From Utricularia gibba (taxonomy: Eukaryota; Plantae; Magnoliophyta), in NCBI GenBank assembly GCA_002189035.1, contig CM007991.1, positions 1,550,001 to 1,614,000 on the forward strand: a DNA stretch of 64,000 nt, written 5' to 3'. The notes beneath the pieces are model-generated. The model was not told the DNA's origin, ran no database searches, and saw only the letters and a list, made by a program, of their open reading frames with translations. Positions within the stretch are counted from its first letter, which is position 1; every line of letters begins with the position of its first letter. Below, piece after piece: positions 26,358 to 38,299 of this stretch. Both the position numbers and the translations under genes were made by a program.

Positions 26358-26484
26358 CATGAGACGGATGATGCCTCAGCGGCCACCAACTCTGTAACTG
26401 GCTGCCACTGTCGTATAACCAATTAGTTGTATTGTACACGGCGTGTGTACGGTTAGTTCCTCAGACGGCAAAAAGGCCACGCCA

Positions 26485-26504
26485 GCCCAGCCCAGCCCAG
26501 CCCA
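26485..26504. repeat. (GCCCA)4 pentanucleotide tandem repeat
   Basis: gcccagcccagcccagccca read directly, about 130 nt after the RLK stop. Confidence 0.9.
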
Positions 26505-27593
26505 GTCCAGTGCCCGACCCTACCCTTGTTTATTCTTGTAATAATTTCATTTTCTTTTTAAAAAATTACATCAAAAAAAATTTAAATTGAAGTTGTAACA
26601 AGTATAATTATTTTTCGAAACTTGATTTGAATTTAAATTGTATGGTTTGATTTCATTGTTGATTTAGTTTAAACTTTAAAATTCTGGTTTCGATTTCGAA
26701 ACTAGAATCTATTACATACATCTAATTATGATTTATAAATTATTTATTTTCATATACTGATTGATTCCGAACCAAAATATCTATTTTGCATCGATCTCAA
26801 CTCCTTGTTGGAAATTTGGTATTGAAAAAAATGTGTGTAATACTACATTACTAATTGAAATTCATTTCAATTAGATCATATAGAATGAAATTTTAATTGA
26901 ATTTGATGCATTTTAAAATGAGGTGAGCCCCCACATGCACATAGGGTCTATTGGGCTTTCTGAGTATTCTAGAAACTCAAAAAGCTATGTGCGTAGAGGG
27001 AAGTGCAAATTTAATCTCGAAAGACTCTTAACATTTGCATGTGGACGAGGCCAAGTCTAGCCCATGTTTTGTCTCAATTTGATTATGGTTAGACGTTTAT
27101 ATATTCAATGTATTAAATTGATTTCTATAGATTAGATCTTATTCTCAAGACTATTGAAACTTGATTAATCGAGAAATTCTTTAGAATAACATGTATACAT
27201 ACCTATTCCATTTTCATCCGTCTTTACATAAGCTACAATAAGATCAAGGGGAGCATATGCAGCCAAGTGCCACAAGTGTGATGTCTTTTCCCTCGTACTT
27301 TCTGCGTGTTATCTCCATCTTTACGCCATTTGCAGCCAACCACTAGCGGCGTGGACCAGCAGCAGTTGCTGTATGGATAGAATGTTGTGTGTTTAATTCT
27401 CAAAAAGTGGCAACTTAGGGGGCGGCCGGGGTGATAAATCATGCAACTTGAGGAAGACGAACCAACCAATGAATGCACTTGCTCCAAAGCTGCTCGCTCT
27501 CCCACATGGGATGTCAATTCCCAACTATACACTTTACACACACGCACACACCAACTTAATTCATTCTTTATTCCATTTAAGATAAAAATGCTC

Positions 27594-28238
27594 GTCGGCC
27601 GTCCCATCCCCGCCTTGCGTGCGCCGCCGGCACTCCTCCCACCCATTTATAACTTCAACTCTTGTGTCGGCCTGAACGGATTGGTAAATGGGAGGGATTT
27701 AATATGGTCAGTGGGTGCCATAAATTAATAAATTAGTGTTCTGAATAATTTTTAAAATATATTTTTATTTTTTAAAAATTATTTTTAAAAAATAGAAATA
27801 AGAAATAAAAATAACTAACTATTTAATTTTTCAAAAATAATTTTATAATATAATTTTAAAATTGTTTTTGATAGAATTAATTTTATAATTAAAATTATTC
27901 TGGAACAAAAATATTTTTATATTTAAAAAATAAAAAAATAAAAAATAAAATTTTTATAGAACACTTATTAAAAATTTGCAAATTATCACGATTTAATGAA
28001 AATATAAAAAATAGTCCGTTATTAGTATATCTCATGGATTTAGTGCTCCATACTGAACATATTTAATTTTCAATATTTTTTACTTCAATCATTTTTTTTA
28101 TCAATATTATTTAAATGTCATTTGTAAGTAATTATCAATATTTAAAAATGCATATATTTAATCCCTATTATTTATTAATTTGACAAAATTGATTCACATT
28201 TTCTCCGATCACTGTGACCGCCGCTAAGCACCACCGAC
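27594..28238. promoter_or_regulatory. DRE/CRT cores upstream of the DEAR-like gene
   Basis: GCCGAC on minus at 27594-27599 and 27666-27671; ACCGAC at 28233-28238. Motif match only. Confidence 0.4.
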
Positions 28239-29040
28239 CATTGCCGGCAACGGTGAATCATAATATATATATTTAATTAAAAATCCTAATATTTTATTAA
28301 ATAAATTACTGTACCAACACAACTCCAAAATGTTTCTATTAAGTTACTGGTTTTATTCTTTTGTGAATTATTTATTTGTGGTTCATATTATAAGAAGTAT
28401 GATTGTGTCATATCAAGGACAAGCATCTAGCATGAGAAGTGGTGTCACAATTTGCCTCTTATCTCGGATTATACTATTTTATTCTCATATAAGATGAATG
28501 AGAGATAACATAAGGTATGTGTCACGGTCACTGCAACCTGTGACAATGTCGTTACCGTAGGTACAACAATAGTATGTTGCGTACATGAATGATTCATTAC
28601 TGAGAATCTCGTATGTGCCCAACAAAATATCAAGAATATCCATAGTTGATTTTAATTCAAAATTGAAAAATCATCAAAAAAATTAACAAAAACCCATTAA
28701 TTATTTTTAACTTTTTTATTGTTAAAAACAAAAAAAATTGATAAAAAAAAAAGATATCCATGGAGTTACATGGTTATAGTTATGACTGGACAGTGTGTTG
28801 TCACGTTAGTGGATGGATTTTCGTATTTAAAAAATGATTATTATAAAAAAAACAAATTATTTTTGGAATTGCGGAGGGTGCGTTAACAGTACAAAAATGA
28901 TTCCTCCGGCTCAATATATATCTGCGTATCCTCCGAAGGGATGAAAGGACACGTATCCGTGGTAGTATGACACGGGAGCTTCTCTTCTCGCCGCCTCGGT
29001 CAAATCCCTGATCTGAATGAAGAATTCCCTCCAATCCGCC

Positions 29041-29517
29041 ATGGAAACTGCTTGCTGTACCTCGTCCTCCGCCTCTTCGTCCAGTTCAGAGACGTCGAAG
29101 AAGAAGGGGCGGGAGCACCCACCGGACAGGCCCTACAGAGGGATCCGTATGAGGAAGTGGGGGAAATGGGTGGCCGAAATCAGGGAACCCAATAAGCGAA
29201 CCAGAATCTGGCTCGGCTCCTACTCCACCCCGATCGCCGCCGCCCGCGCCTACGACACCGCCTTGTTCTACCTCCGTGGCCCCAACGCCCGTCTCAACTT
29301 TCCGGAGTTTATACTGAAGGAGGACCGCGTGAATCAGCGCCCACACGATCTATCCGCCGCCGCGATACGGAAGAAGGCCACCGAGATCGGCGCCATGGTC
29401 GACGCGCTCCATTCCTCCTCCCCAGGCAGCGGCGCTAACGATTCCCGGGTCCGCGAGAAACCCGATTTGAACCAGTACCCTAGCCCCGAGAATTCCGAAG
29501 GCGAAGAAGATAATTGA
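29041..29517 (+). CDS. DREB A-5 / DEAR (RAP2.1-like) AP2/ERF repressor, intronless (alternative start 29017)
   Basis: AP2 domain [50 protein letters not shown], and the EAR motif PDLNQYP. Confidence 0.94.
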   Translation: METACCTSSSASSSSSETSKKKGREHPPDRPYRGIRMRKWGKWVAEIREPNKRTRIWLGSYSTPIAAARAYDTALFYLRGPNARLNFPEFILKEDRVNQRPHDLSAAAIRKKATEIGAMVDALHSSSPGSGANDSRVREKPDLNQYPSPENSEGEEDN

Positions 29518-31430
29518 ATGTTTCCTTTCTTTTTTCCGAATTTTCACTCTACAAAAAATAAAGTTTCTCGATTTGTATAATATTTTGCTCGGCTGTTCCT
29601 GCAATCATTCTCATCAAACTTGTCAAAAATAATCGAAATAAAATTCCTAAAAACATTAAATAATAATTATATATCCATAAATTAACTTATAAATGTTCAC
29701 ATCAAAGAGGTCTCTTTTTCACACTTTATTCAATATAAAGCGTTTATTGATTTTCAAGAACCGTTTAATGAATTACATTATAATTTATGCTGTTCCATTG
29801 CCGAAGGATAAGGTGGGGGCCTACTTGGCGCGAAGTGGCAGTTTGCCAAGACGAGTGTTTTAAATATTTTTGTTTATGTTTTTTTGATAATGAATTGAAA
29901 ATCTAATTGAATTCAATAATTATTAATCATATTTTAAAATACTTAAAATTTATCAACTAACACTATGTTGGATTTATGCATTTTCTTTTTTCGGATTTTG
30001 TGGGTGAATTCAAGTTAATACAGTTACAACACCCGAATCGTATCACCATAAACTCATAATTGATCATATAACTATTACGATTCATGTTTTTATTATATGA
30101 TTTTGTTCGATTGTACTATTAAATCCTCATAGTTTTATGTTTTTTTATTTTTTTAAAAAATACATCATATAAAAATAGAGATATCCATCTATTTAAATAC
30201 ATTTCTTTTCTCGTTCATAATTAAAATGAAATAAGATTATTAGTTTTCAACAAATACATTTAAATAGAATAATTATACGAGATTTTTTAACTAAAAGGAA
30301 AGAAAGTAACTATGGATTAATAGAACCGGACAATATTGTAGGATTAGTAGCGTGGTTAGAGACATGTAGCTGATTATCTCGAGTTTTTGAAAGTGGGGAG
30401 GGCTTAATTAATTAACAGAAGAGGCGCGTTGTTAGTTGATAATATTGATTAATTAATAATGTGTCGTCAGCCGCTTACCATTTATTGCATGCTTTGCACG
30501 TTATCATAAATGAAAGTAGGACGTGACATAAGGACACCGACGACAACGTATCTTCTACATGTCAATCGCTTACCGACATCATGTTTATTTCACTAATCGT
30601 AATTATGGTCGACGTTCGCTGCCCGAACGAATAGTTTTCATGCGTGCTAATACAAGATCTTCTCCAACAGCGAGATTTTCGGCGGCCCTAAACCGGCAGC
30701 GCCTCACAGCCGTCGGATCCGAATGGGGGATTTTGTCGGAAGTAGAAATTAGATTTGTGATGTGGAATTAGGTGGATATGGACAAAAAAGGAAAATGAAC
30801 GGGCGCATTCTGACGTCATCCTGCTCAATCATATCGCCATTGGATCCAACAGAATTTTAGAGGCGAGATTCGATGGTGCACTGTGTGGGTAGGGGTAGAT
30901 TGGGTATTGAAAATGAATGGATGCAAAAGGGGTAGAAGATATTTATTTATTAAAAAAAATATATTTTGAAAGGTGGCTGAGGAGACATGTATATTGATTG
31001 GAATTTGGAAATTTATTCACTGTCCATGACATCCTGTGAAATTACTGAAATACCCGCGGGCAAATTGGCGATGACTTTATTGTCTGGGACCATTTTTGGA
31101 ATCCGCAGGTACCAGTTGCCCATCCCGATTATTACCGTGATTGACAAGACTGGGCAATTATTAGAACCGTTGAATCACATACATCTTGTTGAATCTTACA
31201 GGTATGTGTTTGTCCCAGATGACTTTCTAACAGTAAAATGCAGAAAACACACGAGTTTATGCTCCCATTCAGAAACTAATGCGTATGCAAGTGAACCTCC
31301 TGGTGAACTTGAAACTAGGAGCTCAAGAGCTTTTCCTGAATCACACAAGAGGTAAAGGACAAGGTGGAATGTGGAAACCTGGTAGCAATGTACAGAACTG
31401 TATGTGGTCTGGAACTGGGAGAGGTTATAC

Positions 31431-32630
31431 TCAGCTGTCATGGATCAGGTTAGTTGGCTCGCTCAGGACATATTTGGGAAGTTCATATTTGGCACCTGTA
31501 GCAAGTAGAAATCTTGTTAGTAAGATAAATGTTGGGATATTCTTGACATGGATGAAAGAAGTTGATAAAGGGCTTGGCCAAATCCTAGATGGGGAGAAGG
31601 TAAACTCATTGTGACAAACTTCTCAAACAAAAATCCTTAGATAACCTCTTTGGTCATAGCAGGTTGTTAAGTCGGGGTTCTCGGCAATAATACCGGCACT
31701 GTCAACAATCGCCTGTGCGAGTGCAAGATCAGCATCAGCTGCTGCTCGGAGGGCATCCCAAATTTCTGATCAGTACAAGGGACAAAGAAGATGAGCTCGC
31801 AATTCATTACATGGGATCTGTGGTTGTGTATCACATTTTTTACTAGTCACAAGTTTAGTTGATGGAAAAGAGTGCAAAATCCGAAGAAGATTTTTATCAG
31901 CTAAGGGACGCATGGTTAAATGAACACATGGAACTGAAGATCATATATCACCAACTTCATCGTAGGGCCATAGCAACAAGGGCATTCAAAGCCTTCTTTC
32001 ATTGAACAGTTTTCAAAACATTGAAACGTTGAGAAGACATGCCTTTTTGGCCACCATAATGTGGAGCGGTGTCCCAGAACTCCTCGCGCATCCGCAATAA
32101 CTGATCCCTTGTTATGGACTCAGAATGCCTCCATGGCTTGGGTTTACGTATCTTCTTGGGCGACTCTGAACAGATATTAGCATGATTTAACAGGCAAGAA
32201 AACATTGAAACACTTTTCAAAGAGTTCATAATGAAAAAGTAAATTCAATGGTGAATTCAGTGGGAGCAAGGCACCCTTTTGCCTCGATTTCTTTGCAGGA
32301 TTTAGCTTTCCAACAGCTGGATTTTCTCACAAATTAATCGCTCACTGTTAAGCATAAAACCTATGATCAAGGGATACGGCATATCCCCCCACTAACACCA
32401 GGAAGTACAAGCAAAACTTATTTTTCGAACAAAACCAATCACCGTCAGCCAGCGATTACCAAAGCTAGCTAGTAACTAATCTTCAGAACAAATGTTACGA
32501 GTAAGAATCACCTGATCGAAGACATCTCACCAGGACAAGAAAAAAGGGAATCAACTATTCGACACTTGTCGCAATTCAAAAAAGGATAATAAAAACCCTT
32601 GCCTTGATTTCTTGATGCAACACAACCCAT
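31431..32630 (-). CDS. ubiquitin-domain-containing protein (UBTD1/2-like, DC-UbP N-terminal family); exons 32630-32597, 32165-32043, 31765-31646, 31495-31431
   Basis: [72 protein letters not shown]. N-terminal MGC suggests acylation. Intron 2 requires a GC donor. Confidence 0.9.
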
Positions 32631-34467
32631 GCCGTGAACCACGATGCGACCGAAGATTCCAGTGCCACAATCCCGAACGAATCCAGAAGAAAAAAACGAA
32701 TGCTTCGATTCGTCACGAAACAGTTACAGGTTGAAACTGGGGGCGCTCTCCCGGCGCAGCAATCCCGGTTGCCTTCTCCTCCGGGTATTAAAATTCGCAC
32801 TTTCTCCCTGTTGTAGTCCAATGTTCTTCAACTTCCGAGTCGCAAAGAATTGGACCCTCTGTTTACTTACATATTCGCCCCGTAAAAGTCCCGCCATTCC
32901 ATAACAACCCCAGCCCAAAACCATATATTTCCACAATCGGCCCATTAACTCCGAGAATGTCAGAGGCCCCTATGGGGCACCCCAGTTTGTACGGCTAGTG
33001 AATCCATTAGAAGGAACATTTAGAAAAATGACAATTGTACCTTTCTCTATCATATATTACGATTAAAATTTTACATATATGATAATCATTTTTATCACAC
33101 ACTCACAATATAATGATCAAATTTGTAATACACCCCCCTATAAGAGGTGAGTATGCTTAAGATTATCTTTACTCATTTTCAAAAATAATGATGTCATTTC
33201 CAAAAATGGAATAAATGTTTTCAGAAATGATTAAATTTGTTTCTCATTTTTTTTAGTAAACGAAAATAATGAAACCCAGTTTACTTCAAGAAACGATTTA
33301 AAATGTAGTTTACAATTTAATATGATTTTAATATTACAATTTCATAAAATGAATATAATGGTGAAAACTCAATAACTTAATTTTTGGAAATATCATGTCA
33401 TTATTTTCGAAAATTGATAAAAATGCTGACAAACTTAGGTGTGTCAATTTGCAGAATTGTGTACTATCGGGGTGATGAGGAACAACATTACAACGTTCAA
33501 GTGATCCCAAACGAACCCAAACTCACTCCATTCACAGTAAAGTGAACATGGTACTGTGGGAAGTCAAATGCAGCAGAGGGAAGCAGCAATAAAGTGTATG
33601 GTGATTTGAAAATAGTCTGATGGGAATGGAGTGGCAGGGCGAGGAAATACGAAGCTGCAACTGCGACTGCAGCAGCAGCCTCAGTCCTCAGGAAGAGAGA
33701 ATCTTGAGGTTCAAAGAAGAATGTCAGGGTTCACACTCAGGGCTTTCCTCCCCATTTTCCACAACCCATTTATGTTTGTAATAAATGCGTGCTTCCGTTT
33801 GTATGTCATCTGTAGCATCACCCCAACTCCCCGTTTCCCTTATATGGAATGGCAACATGTGTGCGTTGTATACGAGGTGCATATTTCGAAATTGCGAATG
33901 TGGCATTAATTCCTGTTGTTGACCCAACTCTTTAATCAAAATTCTGTATCATTTTGAACTTTGTTGTAAATGAAATACTCTCCATAATCATCCTACTCCT
34001 AATGAACTGTGCTTAAGTTATATGGGCACATCTGATGTGAAGTTGGGGTAGATTTAAAGCATGTTTAGTGATAAAAGAATGCATCTTTATTATGATATGG
34101 AATGAGATTTGCTAGCGAACTCGTGGGTTTTCTTTTCTGGGTCACAAAGGTTTAAACTTTACAGGCTTGTTAGGAGGCATGAGTTATGCCCACTTCTCGA
34201 ACAAAAAGGGAAATGAATTTGGTGGTTGAATAATTTCACATGTGACTTCGACATGGAAGTGGGGGCTGCTGCGTTCGTCATTGGTTGTAAGTGCAACGCA
34301 AGATTTACAGGAGATTGGGGTCGAATCCTGCACTATAATTACGGCCATGGGATTCGAAAACTGGCAAGAAAATTGGACACGATTCACAAAACGGGCGTTC
34401 AAAATCTCTTGGGAGAAAACAAGCATCCCTGCAAAAGATTTTGTTTTTTTCTCTGGTTCAGCAGAAG

Positions 34468-34779
34468 CTATGGTGTAAAATGAGAGGAGGGGTTGTTGCG
34501 TACAGTGAGAGAGAAGCAAGATCTTCTTCTTCTAGCATTATGCATCTCCAGCGCCATGGACACCTTGGCAGCCAATTCCCGGTCGGTAAAGATCCGGCCG
34601 CCGTGGGTGTCCGAGAGGAAGGCCGTCCGGTGGACGGGCGGAGACCAGAGCCCGCTCGTGGCGTAATCGAAGTCGAACTCGGACACGTCGGAGAACTTGG
34701 AGAGAAGGCGCCGGGACACGGAGTTGGAGACGAGCTGGATGCGAAGGTGATGGGACGTCGAGGGATCGGAGGACGCCAT
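34468..34779 (-). CDS. small conserved plant protein of unknown function; 3' end uncertain (possible donor at 34503)
   Basis: GC-rich codon-like [58 protein letters not shown], resembling an uncharacterised plant family as recalled (EFDFDY..S.IWSPP). Confidence 0.7.
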   Translation of the reverse strand: MASSDPSTSHHLRIQLVSNSVSRRLLSKFSDVSEFDFDYATSGLWSPPVHRTAFLSDTHGGRIFTDRELAAKVSMALEMHNARRRRSCFSLTVRNNPSSHFTP

Positions 34780-35941
34780 TTTTCTGTGGCACAGAACACA
34801 AATGCAAAAAAGCCCGATGATCCAAGCGAAGAAAGAAAGCAACGCTGAAAAGCGGTTTGGTGGCACGCACCTTGTCGCCCATTCATCAAATATATTATTA
34901 TTATTATAATTATTATTGTTATTAATTTTACCAGTCCCCCACACATTTTAAAAATCCGCCTTATTACGTGTCGCCCGAAAAGCAATTAAAAATCCAGAAA
35001 CAAAAAGAAAATCAACATATTTTAGTTTATTTTATTTTTAATATCACTCAATCCAAAATTTAAATTTTAAATACAAATGATATAAAATAGGGTTGTCATC
35101 TCCCGGCGTCATCTAAAAAAGTGGGTATTTACTGATTTTATACTACACATTAAAAAAAATGAATATTTAAAATATTTATTTTTTTTCATTTTCTAAATAT
35201 TATATGTGCATGTAAATAATGCAGGAATTGTACTCACATTTTAAAATGCATCTAACTCAGACAATAAATGGCTTTAAAATCCACATTGAATTCCACAATA
35301 ATTAAGGATGCAGCCACCTGCCCATGCTGCACCATACTTCATCAATATTTCAAAATTATGAGGGCTATTTTATCCTTTTAGATTTTCATTGTCCAAAAAA
35401 ATATATTTTTTTTCAAAATTGAAAATTTCTGTTTTTGAGCTCATCAATTATTCATAATAAGATTGGTACTAACTCTTAGGCCTTGTTTGTATGAATGAAA
35501 TATTATTTGATTTTAAATAGCATATTTTTAGTAAATAATGATATTATAGTATCATAGATTACATATCCAACAAATTTTATTATTTTAAAATTTGTGTACA
35601 TTAATTATATAATATAGATATTCTAATAATATTATAGATAATTATAATTATAACAATTTATATCAAATGAAAATTTCTGTAAAATATTTTTGAAATTATT
35701 TACTTTTATCTGAATTAATTTCATTCGTATTTAATATCAATAATCTTAGTTTTTGGTTGCCATGGGATTTCTATATTAAAACAGGGATAATTTTTTAATG
35801 GGAAATAAGTAATTATTTGAATGAACTATTTTTGATTTAAAAATAATAAATCTGACCATGAAAAAAGAAAAATAATCAGTGTGTTTGGAGGACAGATGAA
35901 GGAATTTTTGCGATGGCGATGTGCAGCATTGAAAAACTGTG

Positions 35942-36043
35942 AGAGTGAGTAGCAGGGCAATTCTCCTTTGGCATGCTCCAGCCCCATGCACATGCACAGC
36001 AATTCCTGCATGCCAAAGGAGAATCGCACTCCTACTCATACTC
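35942..36043 (-). ncRNA. MIR399: MIR399 precursor hairpin; mature UGCCAAAGGAGAAUUGCCCUG at 35973-35953, star at 36029-36009
   Basis: Minus-strand 3' arm equals a canonical miR399 sequence. The duplex with gtgcgattctcctttggcatg pairs at 19 of the 21 mature positions (one G-U), and the lower stem continues (ctactca/tgagtag). Confidence 0.95.
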
Positions 36044-36183
36044 CCACACCTCCGCCTGCCTACGTCCATGTCCATCTGAATATCATTCCGGCGGCGAAGA
36101 GCTCCGGCGTCTGCGGTCGCCGGCGCTGCACATGGGCAACAGAAGGTGAGAGGAGGCAGGTATATAAAGGGGCACCCGGGGTT

Positions 36184-36898
36184 GGATATGCCAGGGAATG
36201 ACACCAGAGAAGGCATATACTGTGGACTCTTCACCTACCCTTCTTTTCCTGTTGGTAGGAGGATATGCTGTGTTTTACACCATGAAACCTCGTTTTTTCG
36301 CTTTCCCTAGCGACTCCTGACATCCGATTCCTCACATGGGATATCCAATTTAACAGAAGATGAACTCTGTTACGATCTGATGAGATGCCTAATTGCTGAC
36401 TGATCATGTGTTTTCTTTTTCATTTTGCTGCGTGATGCGCAGTCGTAGTTCAAGAAGGTTACAGTCGGTTTCTTTGAATTTCCAACGTGCTCGAGTTGCC
36501 TCATCGGCATAAGATTTTGGATATGCCATGAGTCACCAAAGTGAGGAGGTATATGCTGGGAACTATCCTTGAGGAAGAATCTGCTTTCGAGCTGTAAGAT
36601 TCAGTCTGCATGTAGGCTTTCCATGCATCACAACTTACGTGCACAATCACCAAACCCTAAACCCAAAACATAGAGATTGAAAAACCCTAAATATTGGCTT
36701 GCCATGCATCATTACCTGGCCTTGTTAAAAAATACAGGATTTACAGGTTCACTAGGATAGTGTGTAATGTGTGTATGTATGCCTATGAATGTGTAAGTGG
36801 GATGGGAGCTTCAGATCTGCAGTGGAGTAAGGGAAGAAGTATGTGAAAAATGAGAGTTGATCAATTGAGAGTATGGATATGAGCATATAAGAATATGC
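36184..36898. promoter_or_regulatory. cluster of seven P1BS (PHR1-binding GNATATNC) elements in the shared MIR399 promoter
   Basis: GGATATGC 36184, GCATATAC 36213, GGATATGC 36261, GGATATCC 36339, GGATATGC 36519, GTATATGC 36549, GAATATGC 36891. TATA-like boxes at 36171 (TATATA) and 36923 (TATTTAAA). Confidence 0.88.
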
Positions 36899-37017
36899 GG
36901 GGAGAAGAAGCAGAAAGCACTCTATTTAAACGCAATGGCAGCCATTTTTCTTTCTGTGGAGCAACACACAAGCATTACATCTGCAGGGAGTTCTGACAAA
37001 GGAGAAGAAGGTACGAG

Positions 37018-37116
37018 TGCATCATGGGGCAAATACTCCATTGGCAGGAGCTGAATTTCAGCTTGCATCAGCCTGGTTCCAGCGACCCTGCCAAAGGAGA
37101 TTTGCCCCACAATGCA
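37018..37116 (+). ncRNA. MIR399: MIR399 precursor hairpin; mature UGCCAAAGGAGAUUUGCCCCA at 37089-37109
   Basis: 3' arm matches the miR399 consensus. 5' arm ggggcaaatactccattggca (37026-37046) pairs with one mismatch and one bulge. TATA and P1BS lie directly upstream. Confidence 0.95.
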
Positions 37117-37466
37117 GATGTACTTGCGAACAACGCACGATGGCACCCTCGAGTGGAGTGTTCAACATTCATGTTTTTCTAAGTGCATCTTTGAGGAACA
37201 AGGAGGATAGTGTAAGTCTTGGCATAACTGATCAATCTTTTTCATAACATGGGACAGGGAAAAGGCATACCATGTAGAATGCATAGATGGAAGCCGAAGG
37301 CAGTACCATCACCGACCACTCAGTTGGCCTGGGCTGGAGCAATCAGTAATTTACAAATTTGCTGTCCTGTGTTTTTACAGAAGGTTACAGGCTGTTCTGA
37401 AAGCTGACTTTCAGGTTCGCCGCCATCAATCAGTACATGGAACAAGGAACTGGAATTGGAACACAT

Positions 37467-38299
37467 TCATACAGAGAGCACGTTCATATGGACAAACCAT
37501 GGAAGGACAAATGCAATGGTAAGGCAGAGAGTGAGCAACCAACATAGCAGTTTGTCATTGAAGAATCTTCTTGATGAAGATGATAAATTTGAACCAAGAT
37601 CAGCTGATATCATGATCTCCACAGCTCTGTTTTCTAAGACAACACTCGTCGCAATTTCACCACATATCTCACACGATCTGAAATATCAAGTTGAAGAAAA
37701 TCACTATATCTGAATCCTAAACTCAAGATAGCAAAGAAACAGCGCATAACACCTGTTCAGCCAGTATCCATCAAAACAGAAAAGAAATGCTAACAAATTA
37801 CTGCATAGTGAAAACTTCAGAACCAGTTACCAAGGCCACATTGAATAAAAAGAAAGATCACTCGAATATTACAACAAGATACCAATTGCAATTGTACAGC
37901 ACAACTCAGAAACTATGGAATGTTAACTTCCGTCAATATGCAAAACTTGCTTAATTTACTCTGTTTTTGAACTAGAAAACAAACCACGAGAAAGAATGAA
38001 TACCTGTTTCCCTTTACCCTGAACCAGGACTCAGCACAGTGGGGATGCGCAACTCCGAGTTCTCCTTTACAACCACACCCCAATTCAATCAAATCATTCC
38101 CAATTTTGCCAATCTCCTGCCCACCCAGTTGACAAATTCTACAAATCCTCTGATCCTCACACTCGTTAACTTCAATGTTGCAAGATGGAACTTGTTCATC
38201 TCCCTCACTTGTACCAACGTGCTTCTCCTCCCCAATTTCGGCCGGATTTTCTCCGGCAGGGGCTAGTCCGGGAGCAGCTTCGCCGGGCCTTGGATACAT
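37467..38299 (-). CDS. RING-CH (RINGv/MARCH-type) E3 ligase with C-terminal hydrophobic segment; exons 38299-38004, 37677-37467; start uncertain
   Basis: C4HC3 pattern CRIC..CGCKGELGVAHPHC..WFRVKGNR|SCEIC, ending KLLCWLLTLCLTIAFVLPWFVHMNVLSV*. Confidence 0.88.

Noticed and set aside
27500-27510. snRNA USE-like TCCCACATGG
   Set aside because: Imperfect match, with no properly spaced TATA and no snRNA body downstream.
30987-31614. 122-aa and 111-aa plus-strand ORFs
   Set aside because: No recognisable motifs; they overlap the UBTD 3' end and UTR on the opposite strand.
35479-35489. Tourist/PIF-like TIR GGCCTTGTTTG
   Set aside because: No matching opposite TIR found nearby.
35953-35973. IPS1-like miR399 target mimic on the plus strand
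   Set aside because: It is a perfect complement with no central 3-nt bulge, and is simply the mature arm of the minus-strand hairpin.
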